From the NCBI GenBank assembly GCA_965205045.1, contig OZ242031.1, positions 4,572,044-4,636,043 on the forward strand: a stretch of DNA of 64,000 bases. Direction: 5' to 3'. The notes below the pieces were generated by a model. That model was given only the letters and a program-made list of their open reading frames with translations. It had not been told where the DNA came from and did not search any database. Shown one piece after another: positions 9,802 through 19,639 of the stretch (its first letter is position 1; each line of letters starts with the position of its first letter). The DNA comes from Candidatus Rariloculaceae bacterium (GTDB taxonomy: Bacteria; Pseudomonadota; Gammaproteobacteria; Steroidobacterales; Rariloculaceae). The translations under genes were made by a program, and so were the position numbers.

Positions 9802-10785
9802 CTACGTCCGGTACAGCAGTTCGTCCGCCGTGTCGCAGCGGACGATGCGCTCGCCGGCTTTGGCAAGCTGTGCCGGATCGGTAACGGTTTCAAGCCGTCG
9901 GGCGAACTCCGACGCCGCCGCGCCGCCGAACCTCACTTCTACCAGGAGGCGCAGCGTTTCCCGATGGGCCGCCACGCTTTGCTCGGCGCCCTGCTGGCGG
10001 GCCTGGCGTCGCTGCGAGCGCAGCATCGGATCGTCGTCCGGCCCGGTGCCTTCGCGCGCGCCCAGCACCGCGCCCACGCGCTCCAAGACCGCGATCGTCC
10101 CGGCCGACGGCACCGGTTCGTCAAGGGCGGCATGAATCTCGCCCGCCGTCCAGCCCGGAAACGCCCGGCTCTCCCCGGAGACCCGGTACGCGCCGCCCTC
10201 CAGCAAGTAAATGGTCAACTCCGGCAGGCGGCTCTTCGGGCGGCTCGGCGACGCCGCGCTCGGCACCTGAATCCACACCTCCGGGAAGCCCCACGCCTCG
10301 TACAGCTTCAGCTTGCCCCGGCGCGCGTCCGTGGAGTGATCCACCTCCACCACCACGTCGGGGAAATCGTGCTCGCCGACCGCCATCGACACGTCCCAGG
10401 GCACGCTCGCCGACAAAGGGCGCAGGTAAAGCGACTGGTCCGCCTGCATGACGCGCCGGGGGGCGCCGTCCGCGTCCCGCACCACCAGGCCCACCGGCCC
10501 CAGGCAGGCGATGGGCGAGCCGCGCACCTGCGCGATGCGCTCGGCCAACCCGGCCAGCCGCTGCGACGGGCGCTCGTGGGCCGCCGTCACCGGCGGCTCG
10601 GCCACCCAGGCCGTCGCCGCCTCCGCGTCCCAGAACTCCAGCCGGCCCTCGTACGCGTCGAGATCGGAGCGGCTCATGGGGATGGGCGTGCAGCCCGGGA
10701 ATTCGAGCCCCGGCAGGTCAGGGGGCGTCCAGCCATCCGGCACGGCGGGTTCGGTCGGTTGAAGTATCGGCTCCGGACGGTTCAC
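9802..10785 (-). CDS. Uma2-family (DUF820) endonuclease-fold protein with a C-terminal DUF4351-like extension
   Basis: Core reads ...FPDVVVEVDHSTDARRGKLKLYEAWGFPEVWIQVP (PD-(D/E)xK-like). About 120 extra C-terminal residues end in LRLLVEVRFGGAAASEFARRLETVTDPAQLAKAGERIVRCDTADELL. Confidence 0.7.
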   Translation of the reverse strand: MNRPEPILQPTEPAVPDGWTPPDLPGLEFPGCTPIPMSRSDLDAYEGRLEFWDAEAATAWVAEPPVTAAHERPSQRLAGLAERIAQVRGSPIACLGPVGLVVRDADGAPRRVMQADQSLYLRPLSASVPWDVSMAVGEHDFPDVVVEVDHSTDARRGKLKLYEAWGFPEVWIQVPSAASPSRPKSRLPELTIYLLEGGAYRVSGESRAFPGWTAGEIHAALDEPVPSAGTIAVLERVGAVLGAREGTGPDDDPMLRSQRRQARQQGAEQSVAAHRETLRLLVEVRFGGAAASEFARRLETVTDPAQLAKAGERIVRCDTADELLYRT

Positions 10786-10952
10786 AGGTTTGCTCGCACT
10801 ACGCTGATGCCCCCATTCTAGCCGCGCATGCCGTACCGCATCTATACCGAATCAGTTGCCTTGGCTATCTGGGAGAAACAACACCGCGCTGGACAATCCG
10901 GGGGCTTCCCTCGGGGACCGCATGCCGAGTGCGGTCGATGAGATAGCGAGCG

Positions 10953-12200
10953 CTACCCCCCGATCCACTCCACCACCGTACTCACCCCCATCCCGACGCC
11001 GACGCACAGCGTGGCCAGCCCGTAGAACGGCCGGGGCTGCTGCGGCGCGCGTCGTTTCATTTCGTGGATGAGCGTGACCAGGATGCGGGCGCCCGAGCAG
11101 CCCGTGGGATGGCCCAGCGCAATGGCACCGCCGTTTACGTTGGTGATGTCGTGGCGCAACCCCAGCTTGCGCATGCAGGCCAGGGTCTGGGCCGCGAACG
11201 CCTCGTTGATCTCGATCAGGCCGATGTCGTCCAGAGTCAGGCCCAGGCGATCCAGCAGCTTTCTGGTGGAGGGGACCGGACCGTAGCCCATGACGCCCGG
11301 GTCGACACCCGCCACGGCGGAGCCAACCCAACGTACCAGGGGGCGGAGGCCGAGCTGCGATGCCCGCTCGCCCACGGTGAGAACCAGCGCCGCAGCGCCG
11401 TCATTGATGCCGCTTGAATTGCCCGCCGTAACCGTCCCGCCCTTCTGAAACGCCGGCCGCAGTTTTGCCAGCCGCTCCAGGCTCGTATCCACCTCGTAGT
11501 GGCCATTGACGTGCCGGTAACGTGGATGTTCGTCGACGTCCACAATCAGGGGATCGCCGCGCCGCCGCGGAACCTCCACCGGGACGATCTCATCCGTGAA
11601 CCGGCCGTCGTTGATGGCCGCGACGGCGCGCCTCTGGCTTTCCAGTGCGAAGGCGTCCTGATCCTCGCGGCTGATCTGCATGTCCTCGGCCAGCGCCTCC
11701 GCCGTCTGCCCAAGGCTGATGATCGGATACAGGGCATCCATTTTCGGATTGTTGTAGCGCCAGCCCACCGTGGTGTCGTACATGACGGGCGGTTTGGTGC
11801 TCGGGGTCCGATCGGGCTTCGGCACGCTCCACGGCGCCCGGCTCATGGACTCCACGCCGCTGCCGATACAGATATCGGCCTCCCCGGCCAGGATGGTCTT
11901 GGCGGCCAGGTTGACCGACTCCAGCGCCGACGAGCACAACCGGTTGACGGTCACTCCCGGCACCGTGCTCGGGAACCCCGCCAGCAATGTCGCCATGCGC
12001 GCCACGTTGCGGTTGTCCTCCCCCGCCTGGTTGCTGCAGCCCGCGTAGACGTCGTCTACGGTGGCGGGGTCGATCCCTGTCCGGCGTATCAGCGCCTCGT
12101 AGGTCACTGCCAGCAGATCGTCCGGCCGCACGCTGGATAACCCGCCGCCGTAGGCTCCGATCGGCGTGCGAACGCCGTCGACGATGACAACTTCCTTCAT
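10953..12200 (-). CDS. Acetyl-CoA C-acetyltransferase (thiolase)
   Basis: The ORF extends to 12257, but [15 protein letters not shown] starts at 12200. Motifs: [29 protein letters not shown]. Confidence 0.9.
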   Translation of the reverse strand: MKEVVIVDGVRTPIGAYGGGLSSVRPDDLLAVTYEALIRRTGIDPATVDDVYAGCSNQAGEDNRNVARMATLLAGFPSTVPGVTVNRLCSSALESVNLAAKTILAGEADICIGSGVESMSRAPWSVPKPDRTPSTKPPVMYDTTVGWRYNNPKMDALYPIISLGQTAEALAEDMQISREDQDAFALESQRRAVAAINDGRFTDEIVPVEVPRRRGDPLIVDVDEHPRYRHVNGHYEVDTSLERLAKLRPAFQKGGTVTAGNSSGINDGAAALVLTVGERASQLGLRPLVRWVGSAVAGVDPGVMGYGPVPSTRKLLDRLGLTLDDIGLIEINEAFAAQTLACMRKLGLRHDITNVNGGAIALGHPTGCSGARILVTLIHEMKRRAPQQPRPFYGLATLCVGVGMGVSTVVEWIGG

Positions 12201-12580
12201 TCGAACAATCTCCTTCGGCGATATGCGGCTGCGATCATGGCGCAGGCATCGAAACAAATCGATATTAGCGCATCACTGATCGCAAAATCGCCCATGTGGC
12301 GTGCGTGCAAATCATTGCTGAATGCCTCGGCAGGTTCACGCCCTTGATGTTGGCATGTCACCCGCGAAGCGGCGCAGATCGCCCTCGACACGCGGGATGG
12401 GGCGGGAGCTGCCGCGCCGCTTGACGATGACCGGACTCAACGGTTCCCAGAGCTTGCCGTCGGGCGAGGATTCGTGCTCGAACGACGTCTCCGCACTCGC
12501 CACCAGATTGCCATGGCCGACGGATGGATTGCGTTCGGGTCCGGGCGCGCGCGGACACGGCGCCGAAGGCGCGGGACATG

Positions 12581-12617
12581 CCGGCCGGCGGGGGAGTCGC
12601 GGCCCCCCGCCGGCCGG
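12581..12617 (-). terminator. GC-rich hairpin immediately 3-prime of the small secreted-protein gene
   Basis: Perfect 14-bp arms: ccggccggcggggg (12581..12594) and cccccgccggccgg (12604..12617). The hairpin lies 2 nt after the stop. No clear U-tract, so terminator function is uncertain. Confidence 0.4.
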
Positions 12618-12619
12618 GT

Positions 12620-13255
12620 TCATGACGTGCCGCCCGGTTCCGTGGCCCCGCCGCCGGTATCGTCGGCGCCGTCCGCCTCCCCGGCGCGCGTGTCGCCCTC
12701 GAAGAGCAGCAGGTCGGCGCGCGCGGGCACGTAGGGCTCCCTCGCATCGGCGCAGATCATCCGGCCGGCGACGGGGCCGGCGTAGACGATCGTCTCGTCC
12801 TGCGGGCCGCCGTCGTAGGGGCCCGGGTGCTCGTACTCGGCGTACTCGTGGCCGGCGTCCGGGTGCGCCCTGCCGTGGTGGATGAAGCCGTCCGCGGCGC
12901 CGCCGTCCCGGGCGAAACCGCAGTTGCGGTATTTCCATCCCCCTTCCCAGTCCCCGTCCGCGTCCCACAGGCACATGTCCCAGCGTTGCCCGGTGTGCAG
13001 CTCGAAGGTGTAGACCGGCGTTTGCATGTCGCCCATGGCGGCGGCGAGCGCTTCGGCCCGCGCATGGGCGGTGTCGGCGAGCGCCCAGCAGAAGTGCTCG
13101 CCGTAGCCGTACCCGGCCAGTTCGCGGCCGGCGAAGGACTCCACCGGGTTCTCCGGTTCCACGGCCTCCACGCCGGATTGGCCGAAGGCCGGGGAGCCGA
13201 GGATGAGGATGGGCGCGGCCGCGATGCCGGCGGCGGTGCGGTTCAAGGTAATCAT
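12620..13255 (-). CDS. Secreted 211-aa protein with a four-Cys domain, paralogous to the C-terminus of the upstream gene
   Basis: This is the last 211 codons of track ORF 12620..15043. ATG 13255 follows GGAGGA. Signal peptide: MITLNRTAAGIAAAPILILGSPAFG. ATGA overlap with the upstream stop. Confidence 0.6.
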   Translation of the reverse strand: MITLNRTAAGIAAAPILILGSPAFGQSGVEAVEPENPVESFAGRELAGYGYGEHFCWALADTAHARAEALAAAMGDMQTPVYTFELHTGQRWDMCLWDADGDWEGGWKYRNCGFARDGGAADGFIHHGRAHPDAGHEYAEYEHPGPYDGGPQDETIVYAGPVAGRMICADAREPYVPARADLLLFEGDTRAGEADGADDTGGGATEPGGTS

Positions 13256-15639
13256 TCGGTGTCCTCCGTCCCGGTGTTGTCGGGGTTGTCGGGCGCGATG
13301 CGCAGTCGCCAGGCGCCGCCTCCGGCGGCCGCTTCGGCGGGAACGACGCAGGCCATCAGCCCGGGCGCGCGTTCCACGGAAATCTCCTCCCGGCCGGCGC
13401 CCCGGACGGGGCTCGCGTGTTCGGGCAGCGCGCCGCCCGCGCCGCGGCAGGAGGCGTAGGCCGGGGCGTCCCTCCAGTTCGGGTCCGGCGCCCACAGGCA
13501 CAGGTCGAAGTCCCGCGCGCTGTCGAGCCGGTAGGCCAGCCGCGCGCTCTCGCCGAGCGCGCCCAGCTCGGCGGCCCCGGGCACGAAACAGTACGGCGAA
13601 CCGATGGCGCGCGCGCGCCGGCCGATCACCGGCGGCTGGGCGCGGCGGTTTCCCCGGCCCGGTTCCGCGGCCGGGCCCGGGACGCCCGGGACCGCCGCCG
13701 GCGCCCCGCCATGGCCCGGCGGGACGCCGCCGCCATGCTCCCCGGGCGCAGCGTCCTCCCCGTCCGATGCCGTCGGCGGGCCGCGCCGCCCCTCCTCGCC
13801 GGAACCCGGCGGGGTCCCCTCTTCGGGCGTCCCCGCCGCCGGCGCCGCCGGCGCCGCGGCCGGCGCCCCGGTCACCTCGATGCGGTAGGTCGTCGTGCCG
13901 CCCGCCATCACCCACAGCTCGGTCGCGCCGCCGTCCGGCGCCAGCGCCAGCTCCACCGCCGTGCCCGAGGGCCGCACCCGCGCCGGGCGCGTGAAGGTCG
14001 TCCCGCCCCGGCGCGAGCCCGCGAACACGCTCGCCCCGCCGTCCCAGCGCGGCGCCAGCGTCACGCGCGCCGTCCCCGCCGGCACCGACGCCCGGTACGA
14101 CAGCACATCCGTCGAGAAGGCCGGGCTCAGCGCCACCGCCCCCGAACCGGCCGCGAGCGCGAGCCCGGTCACGGTCTGCGGGTCGCGCTCCTGCGTCCTC
14201 GCCGCGTTCTGGGGGTCCTGGACAATGACGGTCACCCGGGCGCCCAGGTAATCCGCCGGGACCTCCGGCGAGTCGACGCCGTGGTCGACAACCAGGACCT
14301 CGTTGCGGGAGTCCGCGTCCCTTCCGGCGCTGACCGTGAACGTTATCGGGCCCGTGTCTCCCGCCTCGACCCGGACCCGCCCGGGAGAGACCGCGATCGC
14401 GCCGGGGTCGCTGTCGCCGGGGACGCTGACGCGCGGGGAAATGTACGCGGCGTCCCCGAGCGGCTCCTTCAGGCGGACGGTGTAGGTCGCGCTGCCGCCC
14501 TCCTCCACCGACACCTGGCCCGGGGAAGCGGCCAGATATTTGCAGTCGTCGTCGATGATTTCGATCGAAATCACCAGGCCATGGTGGCGGTCCTGCCGGT
14601 CCCAGCCTCCCCAGTCGGGACCGCCGCCGCTGCCGTGGTGCCTGATCCAGTACCGGGTGCCGGGCGGCGACTTGCACTCGTTGTCGTCCACGGCGGTGAG
14701 CCTGACCGATTTGGGATTCATCCAGTCCGTGTGGAGGTAGGACTGGGCCGGAAAGGTGACCGCGTTGTGGATCGTGAGCAGTCCGTTGTCGACCTGGGGG
14801 TAGTCGCTGCCGTCCGGCCGGACGTTGTGGTGTCGCGGCGTGATGGTCAGATCCGCGGTCGGCGGCTGGTCGATCGCGATGGGGTAGGTGATCGATGTGC
14901 CCTCGGCGATCTTCAGCCGTCCGGGTCCGAGCGGGTAGAGCCCCGGGGTGGACATGCTGCCGGCGCGGCCCAGCGAGGGATGCGCCAGCCTCACCGCGAC
15001 CTGCTGGTTGTCGGTCCAGTCCGTGGCTGGATCGTACGACCATTTGACGCCGCCCTCCTCAGCTGTGGTGGCGTCGTTGGCGGCAAGCGGTGTTCCGTCG
15101 ACGGTCAGCGTCGCGAACCTGCCGATGGCGACCTCAGAGTCGGGGCCGGTGGAGCCCGGATTGCGCTTGTTGAAGAGAATGAAAGCGTTGGCAGGGAGTG
15201 TACCGCCGTTTATATGCACAACCAAGTGTAGTCTATTAGTTGCTGAATCCCAATAGAGTGACACGACCTTATAGTTCGCCCCGTTATAGGTGAATTCATC
15301 TTCCGACAAGACGGTCGAGCTTGAGCAGTTGTCCTGGGTGGCCTCACTGTTGTCGCAGCCGAAAAAGCCGTCGTCCTCATCGACTGTCAGCGTCGCCGAC
15401 CAGATCTGGGACTGCGCCTGGGCGGGCGCGGCCGCGAACAGGCCGAGCGCGCCGAGCACCAGCGCGAGGACGGGGAGGAGGGCGGGGCCGCGCCATGCGG
15501 ACGCGGCCCGGCGCGGGCCCGCCGGAGCGGCCAAGCGGCCGCCGGTCAGTCCGGATGAAGGGGAGGGGAGCTTGCGTGCGCGCCCTCGATGGGCGGCGGC
15601 CGGTTCAGGCGGGCCGGCCTCCCGCCGCGCGCACCTCAT
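13252..15639 (-). CDS. Large secreted protein with a cadherin-like beta-sandwich domain and a C-terminal four-Cys domain (start uncertain)
   Basis: ORF 13252..15729. Hydrophobic signal: ALLPVLALVLGALGLFAAAPAQAQS. Cadherin-like stretch: LSPAFSTDVLSYRASVPAGTARVTLAPRW...TTYRIEVTG. Start candidates are ATG 15639, an in-frame TTG near 15530, or TTG/GTG upstream of the repeat. Confidence 0.65.
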   Translation of the reverse strand: MRCARREAGPPEPAAAHRGRARKLPSPSSGLTGGRLAAPAGPRRAASAWRGPALLPVLALVLGALGLFAAAPAQAQSQIWSATLTVDEDDGFFGCDNSEATQDNCSSSTVLSEDEFTYNGANYKVVSLYWDSATNRLHLVVHINGGTLPANAFILFNKRNPGSTGPDSEVAIGRFATLTVDGTPLAANDATTAEEGGVKWSYDPATDWTDNQQVAVRLAHPSLGRAGSMSTPGLYPLGPGRLKIAEGTSITYPIAIDQPPTADLTITPRHHNVRPDGSDYPQVDNGLLTIHNAVTFPAQSYLHTDWMNPKSVRLTAVDDNECKSPPGTRYWIRHHGSGGGPDWGGWDRQDRHHGLVISIEIIDDDCKYLAASPGQVSVEEGGSATYTVRLKEPLGDAAYISPRVSVPGDSDPGAIAVSPGRVRVEAGDTGPITFTVSAGRDADSRNEVLVVDHGVDSPEVPADYLGARVTVIVQDPQNAARTQERDPQTVTGLALAAGSGAVALSPAFSTDVLSYRASVPAGTARVTLAPRWDGGASVFAGSRRGGTTFTRPARVRPSGTAVELALAPDGGATELWVMAGGTTTYRIEVTGAPAAAPAAPAAGTPEEGTPPGSGEEGRRGPPTASDGEDAAPGEHGGGVPPGHGGAPAAVPGVPGPAAEPGRGNRRAQPPVIGRRARAIGSPYCFVPGAAELGALGESARLAYRLDSARDFDLCLWAPDPNWRDAPAYASCRGAGGALPEHASPVRGAGREEISVERAPGLMACVVPAEAAAGGGAWRLRIAPDNPDNTGTEDTE

Positions 15640-15640
15640 C

Positions 15641-15724
15641 GCTCGGCGCTCGGCGCTCGGCGCTCGGCGCTCGGCGCTCGGCGCTCGGCGCTCGGCGCTC
15701 GGCGCTCGGCGCTCGGCGCTCGGC
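15641..15724. repeat. Perfect heptanucleotide microsatellite, (GCTCGGC)x12 on the plus strand (GCCGAGC on the gene strand)
   Basis: Counted directly: 84 nt of uninterrupted 7-nt units, ending 1 nt upstream of ATG 15639 of the secreted-protein gene. Confidence 0.95.
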
Positions 15725-16222
15725 ACCAATTATACCGCGCCTGTCAACCCCCGCAACGAAACGAACGTTTGATGTCATGACCTGCCCCTCGAGACACCGG
15801 CAATCAATGCGGCGTGGAAGGAATTTGAACAGAATCCGCCTGCGAATTCAAGACTGCCCCGGCCGTGCGAGCGGGCCTGTTCGAAAGTCACGGCGCGGTT
15901 CTCCCGGGGGAGGCGATCGAAGCGGCCCATCGCGCGCACGATGGAGATGGCGGCGTTGCCGATCGCGGCGAGGTTTTGCGGCGGATGCCCGGCCGCGGCG
16001 CGGCGAACTCCCCGAACGCGCTCACGCCGCGGTGGCGGGCCAGCCGCGCCGCGGCCGCGATCGTCGGATGGCGCGCCAGGCTGTTGGGCGGCATGACTTC
16101 ATCCCTCCCCGTCCATGGCCTCAGGCTATACGCCCCGACTTTTGAATAGTCCTGCGCGCGTGCGCACGGTTACGGACGCGCGTATCCAAAACCATCGATT
16201 CGCTCCAGCACACCGGCGTATC

Positions 16223-17032
16223 TCAGGCCAGTTCCCTGCTCCGTCGGGCGGCGGCCTGCACCGCCTCGCTGAGGAGCGCTTCCAGAGCGCCCGAGTCGCC
16301 GATCAGCACCTCGAGCGCGGCCTGCGTCGTCCCGCCGGGACTGGTGACCTGGCGGCGCAGTTCCGCCGGGTCCGTACCCGACGCCATGGCGTAGGCACCC
16401 GCGCCGGAAACCGTTGCCAATGCCAGCCGCTCGGCCAGACCCCGCTCGAAACCGACCTTCACCGCCGCCGCCGCCAGGCATTCGATCAGCAGGAATACAT
16501 AGGCCGGGCCGCTGCCGGAGACGGCGGTTACCGCATCCATGAGGCTATCGTCCTTAAGCCACACCACCTGTCCCACCGCGGCCATGAGCGATTCGCAAAG
16601 CCGCTGCAGGTCCGGGCCCACGACGTCGCTGGCGGCCAGCGCGGTGATTCCCCTGCCGATCGAAGCCGGCGTGTTGGGCATGCCGCGGACGATGGCCGCA
16701 CCGGTGCCGAGCAGGCCCTGGTAGAACGCGATGGTCTTGCCCGCGGCAATGGTGAGCAAGACAGCCCGGCCGTCGGCCAGGTCGCGATAGTCCTGCAATG
16801 CTCCCTCGACCAGGTGTGGCTTGACGGCCAGTACGATCACATCGGGGCGAAACGAATCCGGCCGCCCCGGGGAGGCCTTGATACCCAGCGATTCGACGGC
16901 CGCGCGCGCCCGGCCGTCCGGGTCCACCACGTGAATCGTCTCCGGCGCCCGGCCGTCCGCGAGCCACCCACGCAGCAACGCCTGGCCCATGTTGCCGCCG
17001 CCCGCCAGCAGAATCGCTTTCCGACCGCTCAT
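16223..17032 (-). CDS. proC: Pyrroline-5-carboxylate reductase
   Basis: MSGRKAILLAGGGNMGQALL (Rossmann fold)...VTSPGGTTQAALEVL signature. The ATG at 17032 overlaps the upstream stop (ATGA). Confidence 0.9.
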   Translation of the reverse strand: MSGRKAILLAGGGNMGQALLRGWLADGRAPETIHVVDPDGRARAAVESLGIKASPGRPDSFRPDVIVLAVKPHLVEGALQDYRDLADGRAVLLTIAAGKTIAFYQGLLGTGAAIVRGMPNTPASIGRGITALAASDVVGPDLQRLCESLMAAVGQVVWLKDDSLMDAVTAVSGSGPAYVFLLIECLAAAAVKVGFERGLAERLALATVSGAGAYAMASGTDPAELRRQVTSPGGTTQAALEVLIGDSGALEALLSEAVQAAARRSRELA

Positions 17033-18390
17033 GATTCCGACTCCAATCCAGCTTTTGATTCCGATGTCGGTGACATTGCGCTCTCCGCGCTTCCCCGGGG
17101 ACCGGTCACTACACGGCCCTTCCTGGCCAACACTTCTGGAACCCCCTCGCTGTGGGCCACCACACACGCCGTGACACCGTCGCCGGTCACGTTCACCGCT
17201 GTCCTCATCATGTCAAGCAACCGGTCGATCCCGAAAATGAGCGCAATACCCTCCACCGGCACACCCACCTGAGTCAATACCATGGTCAACGTGATCAGGC
17301 CGGCGGAGGGGACCGCCGCCGTGCCGATGGAGGCAAGCGTGGAGAGCAGGATAATCACCAGGAAGTCCGCAAAGACCAGATCCACACCGTACACGTTGGC
17401 AATGAACACGGTGGCGATGCCCTGCATGATGGCCGTTCCGTCCATGTTGATGGTCGCACCCAGCGGGACGGTGAACGAGGCAATGGAATTCGGCACGCCC
17501 AGGCGTCTCGTCAACGCGTTGAGCGTGACCGGGATCGTCGCCGCCGACGAGGCCGTGCTGAAGGCAAACGTCATCGGCGACCGCATGCGCGCCAGAAACC
17601 TGAGCGCATTCAGCCCGAAGGCCCGCAACACGAGCGAATAGACGACCAGCAGATACGCCAGCAACGTACCGGCGAGGAGCAGAAAGTAGCCCGCCAGCGG
17701 AATGAAGATTTCCCATCCCTGCGTGGCGAACGTTCGGGCCAGCAGCGCGAAAAGTCCGATCGGCGCAAGCTGGATGATGAGCATCACCATTTTCAGGATC
17801 ACGTCGTTCAGGCCCCTGAACAGCCTGACCACGGGTCCTGCCCGCTCGCCGGCCAGATTCGCCGCGAACCCGAACAGCAGCGCGAAAACAATAACCTGGA
17901 GCATCCGCCCGTCCGCCATGGCCTGGAACAGATTCTCCGGGAAGATGTCGATGAAAGTGTCCGCCAGGGGAGGCATTTCCCGGGGCGCGACTTCGCCGAA
18001 ATCGCCCTCCAGTTCGAAGCCGGCTCCGGGCGATACCGCAAGGCCCATCGACAGGCCGACGGTGACGGCCACGGCCGTGGTCGCCAGGAACAGGCCCACC
18101 GTCTTCGCACCCACCCGCCCGAAGGTCTTGAGGTCGCCCATGGCATTGACCCCGCAAATCAGCGAGACGAGAACCAGCGGAACCACCATCAGCCCGAGCA
18201 GCGCGAGGAATATTCCGCCAACGACGTAGAAGAGACCGTCCACGAGAAACGCGTTCAGCGACGGCAACGCCCCCGCCGATGCGTTCAGGCCAATGCCCAC
18301 CACGATTCCGGCCAGCATCGACAGCAGAATTCGCTGCGTAAAGCTCACACGGTCTCCTTGTGCCCGGGGAATCCCGTAAATTCGCGACAC
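17029..18390 (-). CDS. Dicarboxylate/amino acid:cation symporter (DAACS family)
   Basis: 453 aa, polytopic. Motifs: FSTASSAATIPVT, PLGATINMDGTA, AVPSAGL, DRLLDMMRTAVNVTGD. Confidence 0.9.
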   Translation of the reverse strand: MSRIYGIPRAQGDRVSFTQRILLSMLAGIVVGIGLNASAGALPSLNAFLVDGLFYVVGGIFLALLGLMVVPLVLVSLICGVNAMGDLKTFGRVGAKTVGLFLATTAVAVTVGLSMGLAVSPGAGFELEGDFGEVAPREMPPLADTFIDIFPENLFQAMADGRMLQVIVFALLFGFAANLAGERAGPVVRLFRGLNDVILKMVMLIIQLAPIGLFALLARTFATQGWEIFIPLAGYFLLLAGTLLAYLLVVYSLVLRAFGLNALRFLARMRSPMTFAFSTASSAATIPVTLNALTRRLGVPNSIASFTVPLGATINMDGTAIMQGIATVFIANVYGVDLVFADFLVIILLSTLASIGTAAVPSAGLITLTMVLTQVGVPVEGIALIFGIDRLLDMMRTAVNVTGDGVTACVVAHSEGVPEVLARKGRVVTGPRGSAESAMSPTSESKAGLESES

Positions 18391-18538
18391 TTCCTGTCTG
18401 CATTGAAGCCGCCGGACATCGGCAACGCCCGGCGTACCGCTGTAGAATACCGCACAGAAGGACGCCCGGCATTCTTCGGGAGTGTGGGTTGTGCGCCTTC
18501 AGACCACGACTATTTTCAACTTTTTTGAGGAGAAACCG

Positions 18539-19159
18539 ATGAAGGGCACCTTTATTCTATCGACGGCGGCGTTGATCCTGCCGGCCCTGGCGGCTGCCGA
18601 ACCCATGGAGTATTCACTGGACATGAGCCACTCCCGGGTCTTTTTCGATGTCGACCACCAGGGATATTCCATGATGCGCGGAATGTTCCGAAGCTTTGAC
18701 GGCACCTTGATGTACGATGAGGAGGATCCGTCGGCCAGTTCCGTCAGCATTGATATCGACGCTTCCAGCGTGGACATGTACCACGACGGCCTGAACGATC
18801 ACCTCCTGAACGACGACTTCTTCGGCGTGGAAACTCACCCATCGTTGACGTTTGAAAGCACGTCGGTCGAAGATCTGGGAGACGGGCAGCTTCGCGTCAA
18901 TGGCAATCTGACCATGATCGGCCAGACGCATCCGGTCACGCTGGATGCAGTTCTCAATCAGGCCGGGCAGTATCGCGGCAACCCCAAGGTCGGTTTCAGC
19001 GCCACGGGTTCCCTGGATAGAACAGCCTATGGAATGAACTTTGCCGCGCCGATGATCGGTTCCGAAGTCAATATCGGCATCCAGATCGAAGCCACGCGGC
19101 CCGGCGAGGGCGGCGCCGCCCCGGCCGGCATGGGCATGGGTATGGGCATGGGGCAGTAA
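18539..19159 (+). CDS. YceI-family periplasmic protein
   Basis: MKGTFILSTAALILPALAAAEP signal. LDMSHSRVFFDVDHQGYSMMRGMF...LTMIGQTHPVTL. C-terminal GMGMGMGMGQ tail. Confidence 0.85.
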   Translation: MKGTFILSTAALILPALAAAEPMEYSLDMSHSRVFFDVDHQGYSMMRGMFRSFDGTLMYDEEDPSASSVSIDIDASSVDMYHDGLNDHLLNDDFFGVETHPSLTFESTSVEDLGDGQLRVNGNLTMIGQTHPVTLDAVLNQAGQYRGNPKVGFSATGSLDRTAYGMNFAAPMIGSEVNIGIQIEATRPGEGGAAPAGMGMGMGMGQ

Positions 19160-19279
19160 TCGGGTCAAATGGCTCGATCGTGGCCACCGGAGCGCCCGGT
19201 GCGTTTGCGGCGGTTACAGTCTCCTGGTCGCTCGAAGTCGCGGGCGGACAGCGGTTGGGACCTTTTCCGGGGGAGTGTC

Positions 19280-19639
19280 ATGCGCTCGAGGCTTGTGATT
19301 GCAATCGTATTCTTTCTCGTTCTATCGAATAGTTACGCTCAGGATACCAACAACGATCTGGAAGACCGGATCCGCAGCCTGGAGGCTGCGGTGGCGACGC
19401 TGGATACCCGCCTCGCAACCCGGACCACGGCAGGCGCAGGCTCGCTGGATACTTCCGTGGCGGGCCTGTCGGTGCAGCGCCGCGTCGACGCCCTGGAGAG
19501 GCAGGTTGAGAGCCTGGCACGCCAGGTAACCGCGCTCCAGCGGCAGGTAGAGCAAGCCGGGCGCGATGCATCCAGCGCCATTCGCGAAGCCGAGGCCGCC
19601 CGGCGGGACGCGCGGGATGCACTGATGCGCGCACGCTGA
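19280..19639 (+). CDS. Secreted coiled-coil protein
   Basis: MRSRLVIAIVFFLVLSNSYAQD signal, followed by heptad-like LEDRIRSLEAAVATLDTRL...LERQVESLARQVTALQRQVEQ. Confidence 0.55.
   Translation: MRSRLVIAIVFFLVLSNSYAQDTNNDLEDRIRSLEAAVATLDTRLATRTTAGAGSLDTSVAGLSVQRRVDALERQVESLARQVTALQRQVEQAGRDASSAIREAEAARRDARDALMRAR

Noticed and set aside
12620-15043. 807-aa ORF in the track
   Set aside because: Most of it is an Arg/Gly/Pro-rich translation, typical of an open off-frame in GC-rich DNA, and it overlaps the better 13252..15729 frame. Only its last 211 codons (signal peptide onward) look like a real protein.
15321-16145. 274-aa plus-strand ORF running through the heptamer repeat
   Set aside because: This is an antisense or shadow frame with Arg/Ala/Gly/Pro-rich composition. 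Its apparent RRSALGA repeats are just the microsatellite read in another frame.
17152-18528. 458-aa (+) and 419-aa (-) ORFs overlapping the DAACS symporter
   Set aside because: Their His/Arg/Gln/Gly-rich composition has no motifs. The symporter frame has unmistakable family motifs.
19127-19156. (Gly-Met)x4 tail on YceI
   Set aside because: It is a short low-complexity C-terminal tail from a 6-nt repeat. I see no evidence that it is more than local slippage.
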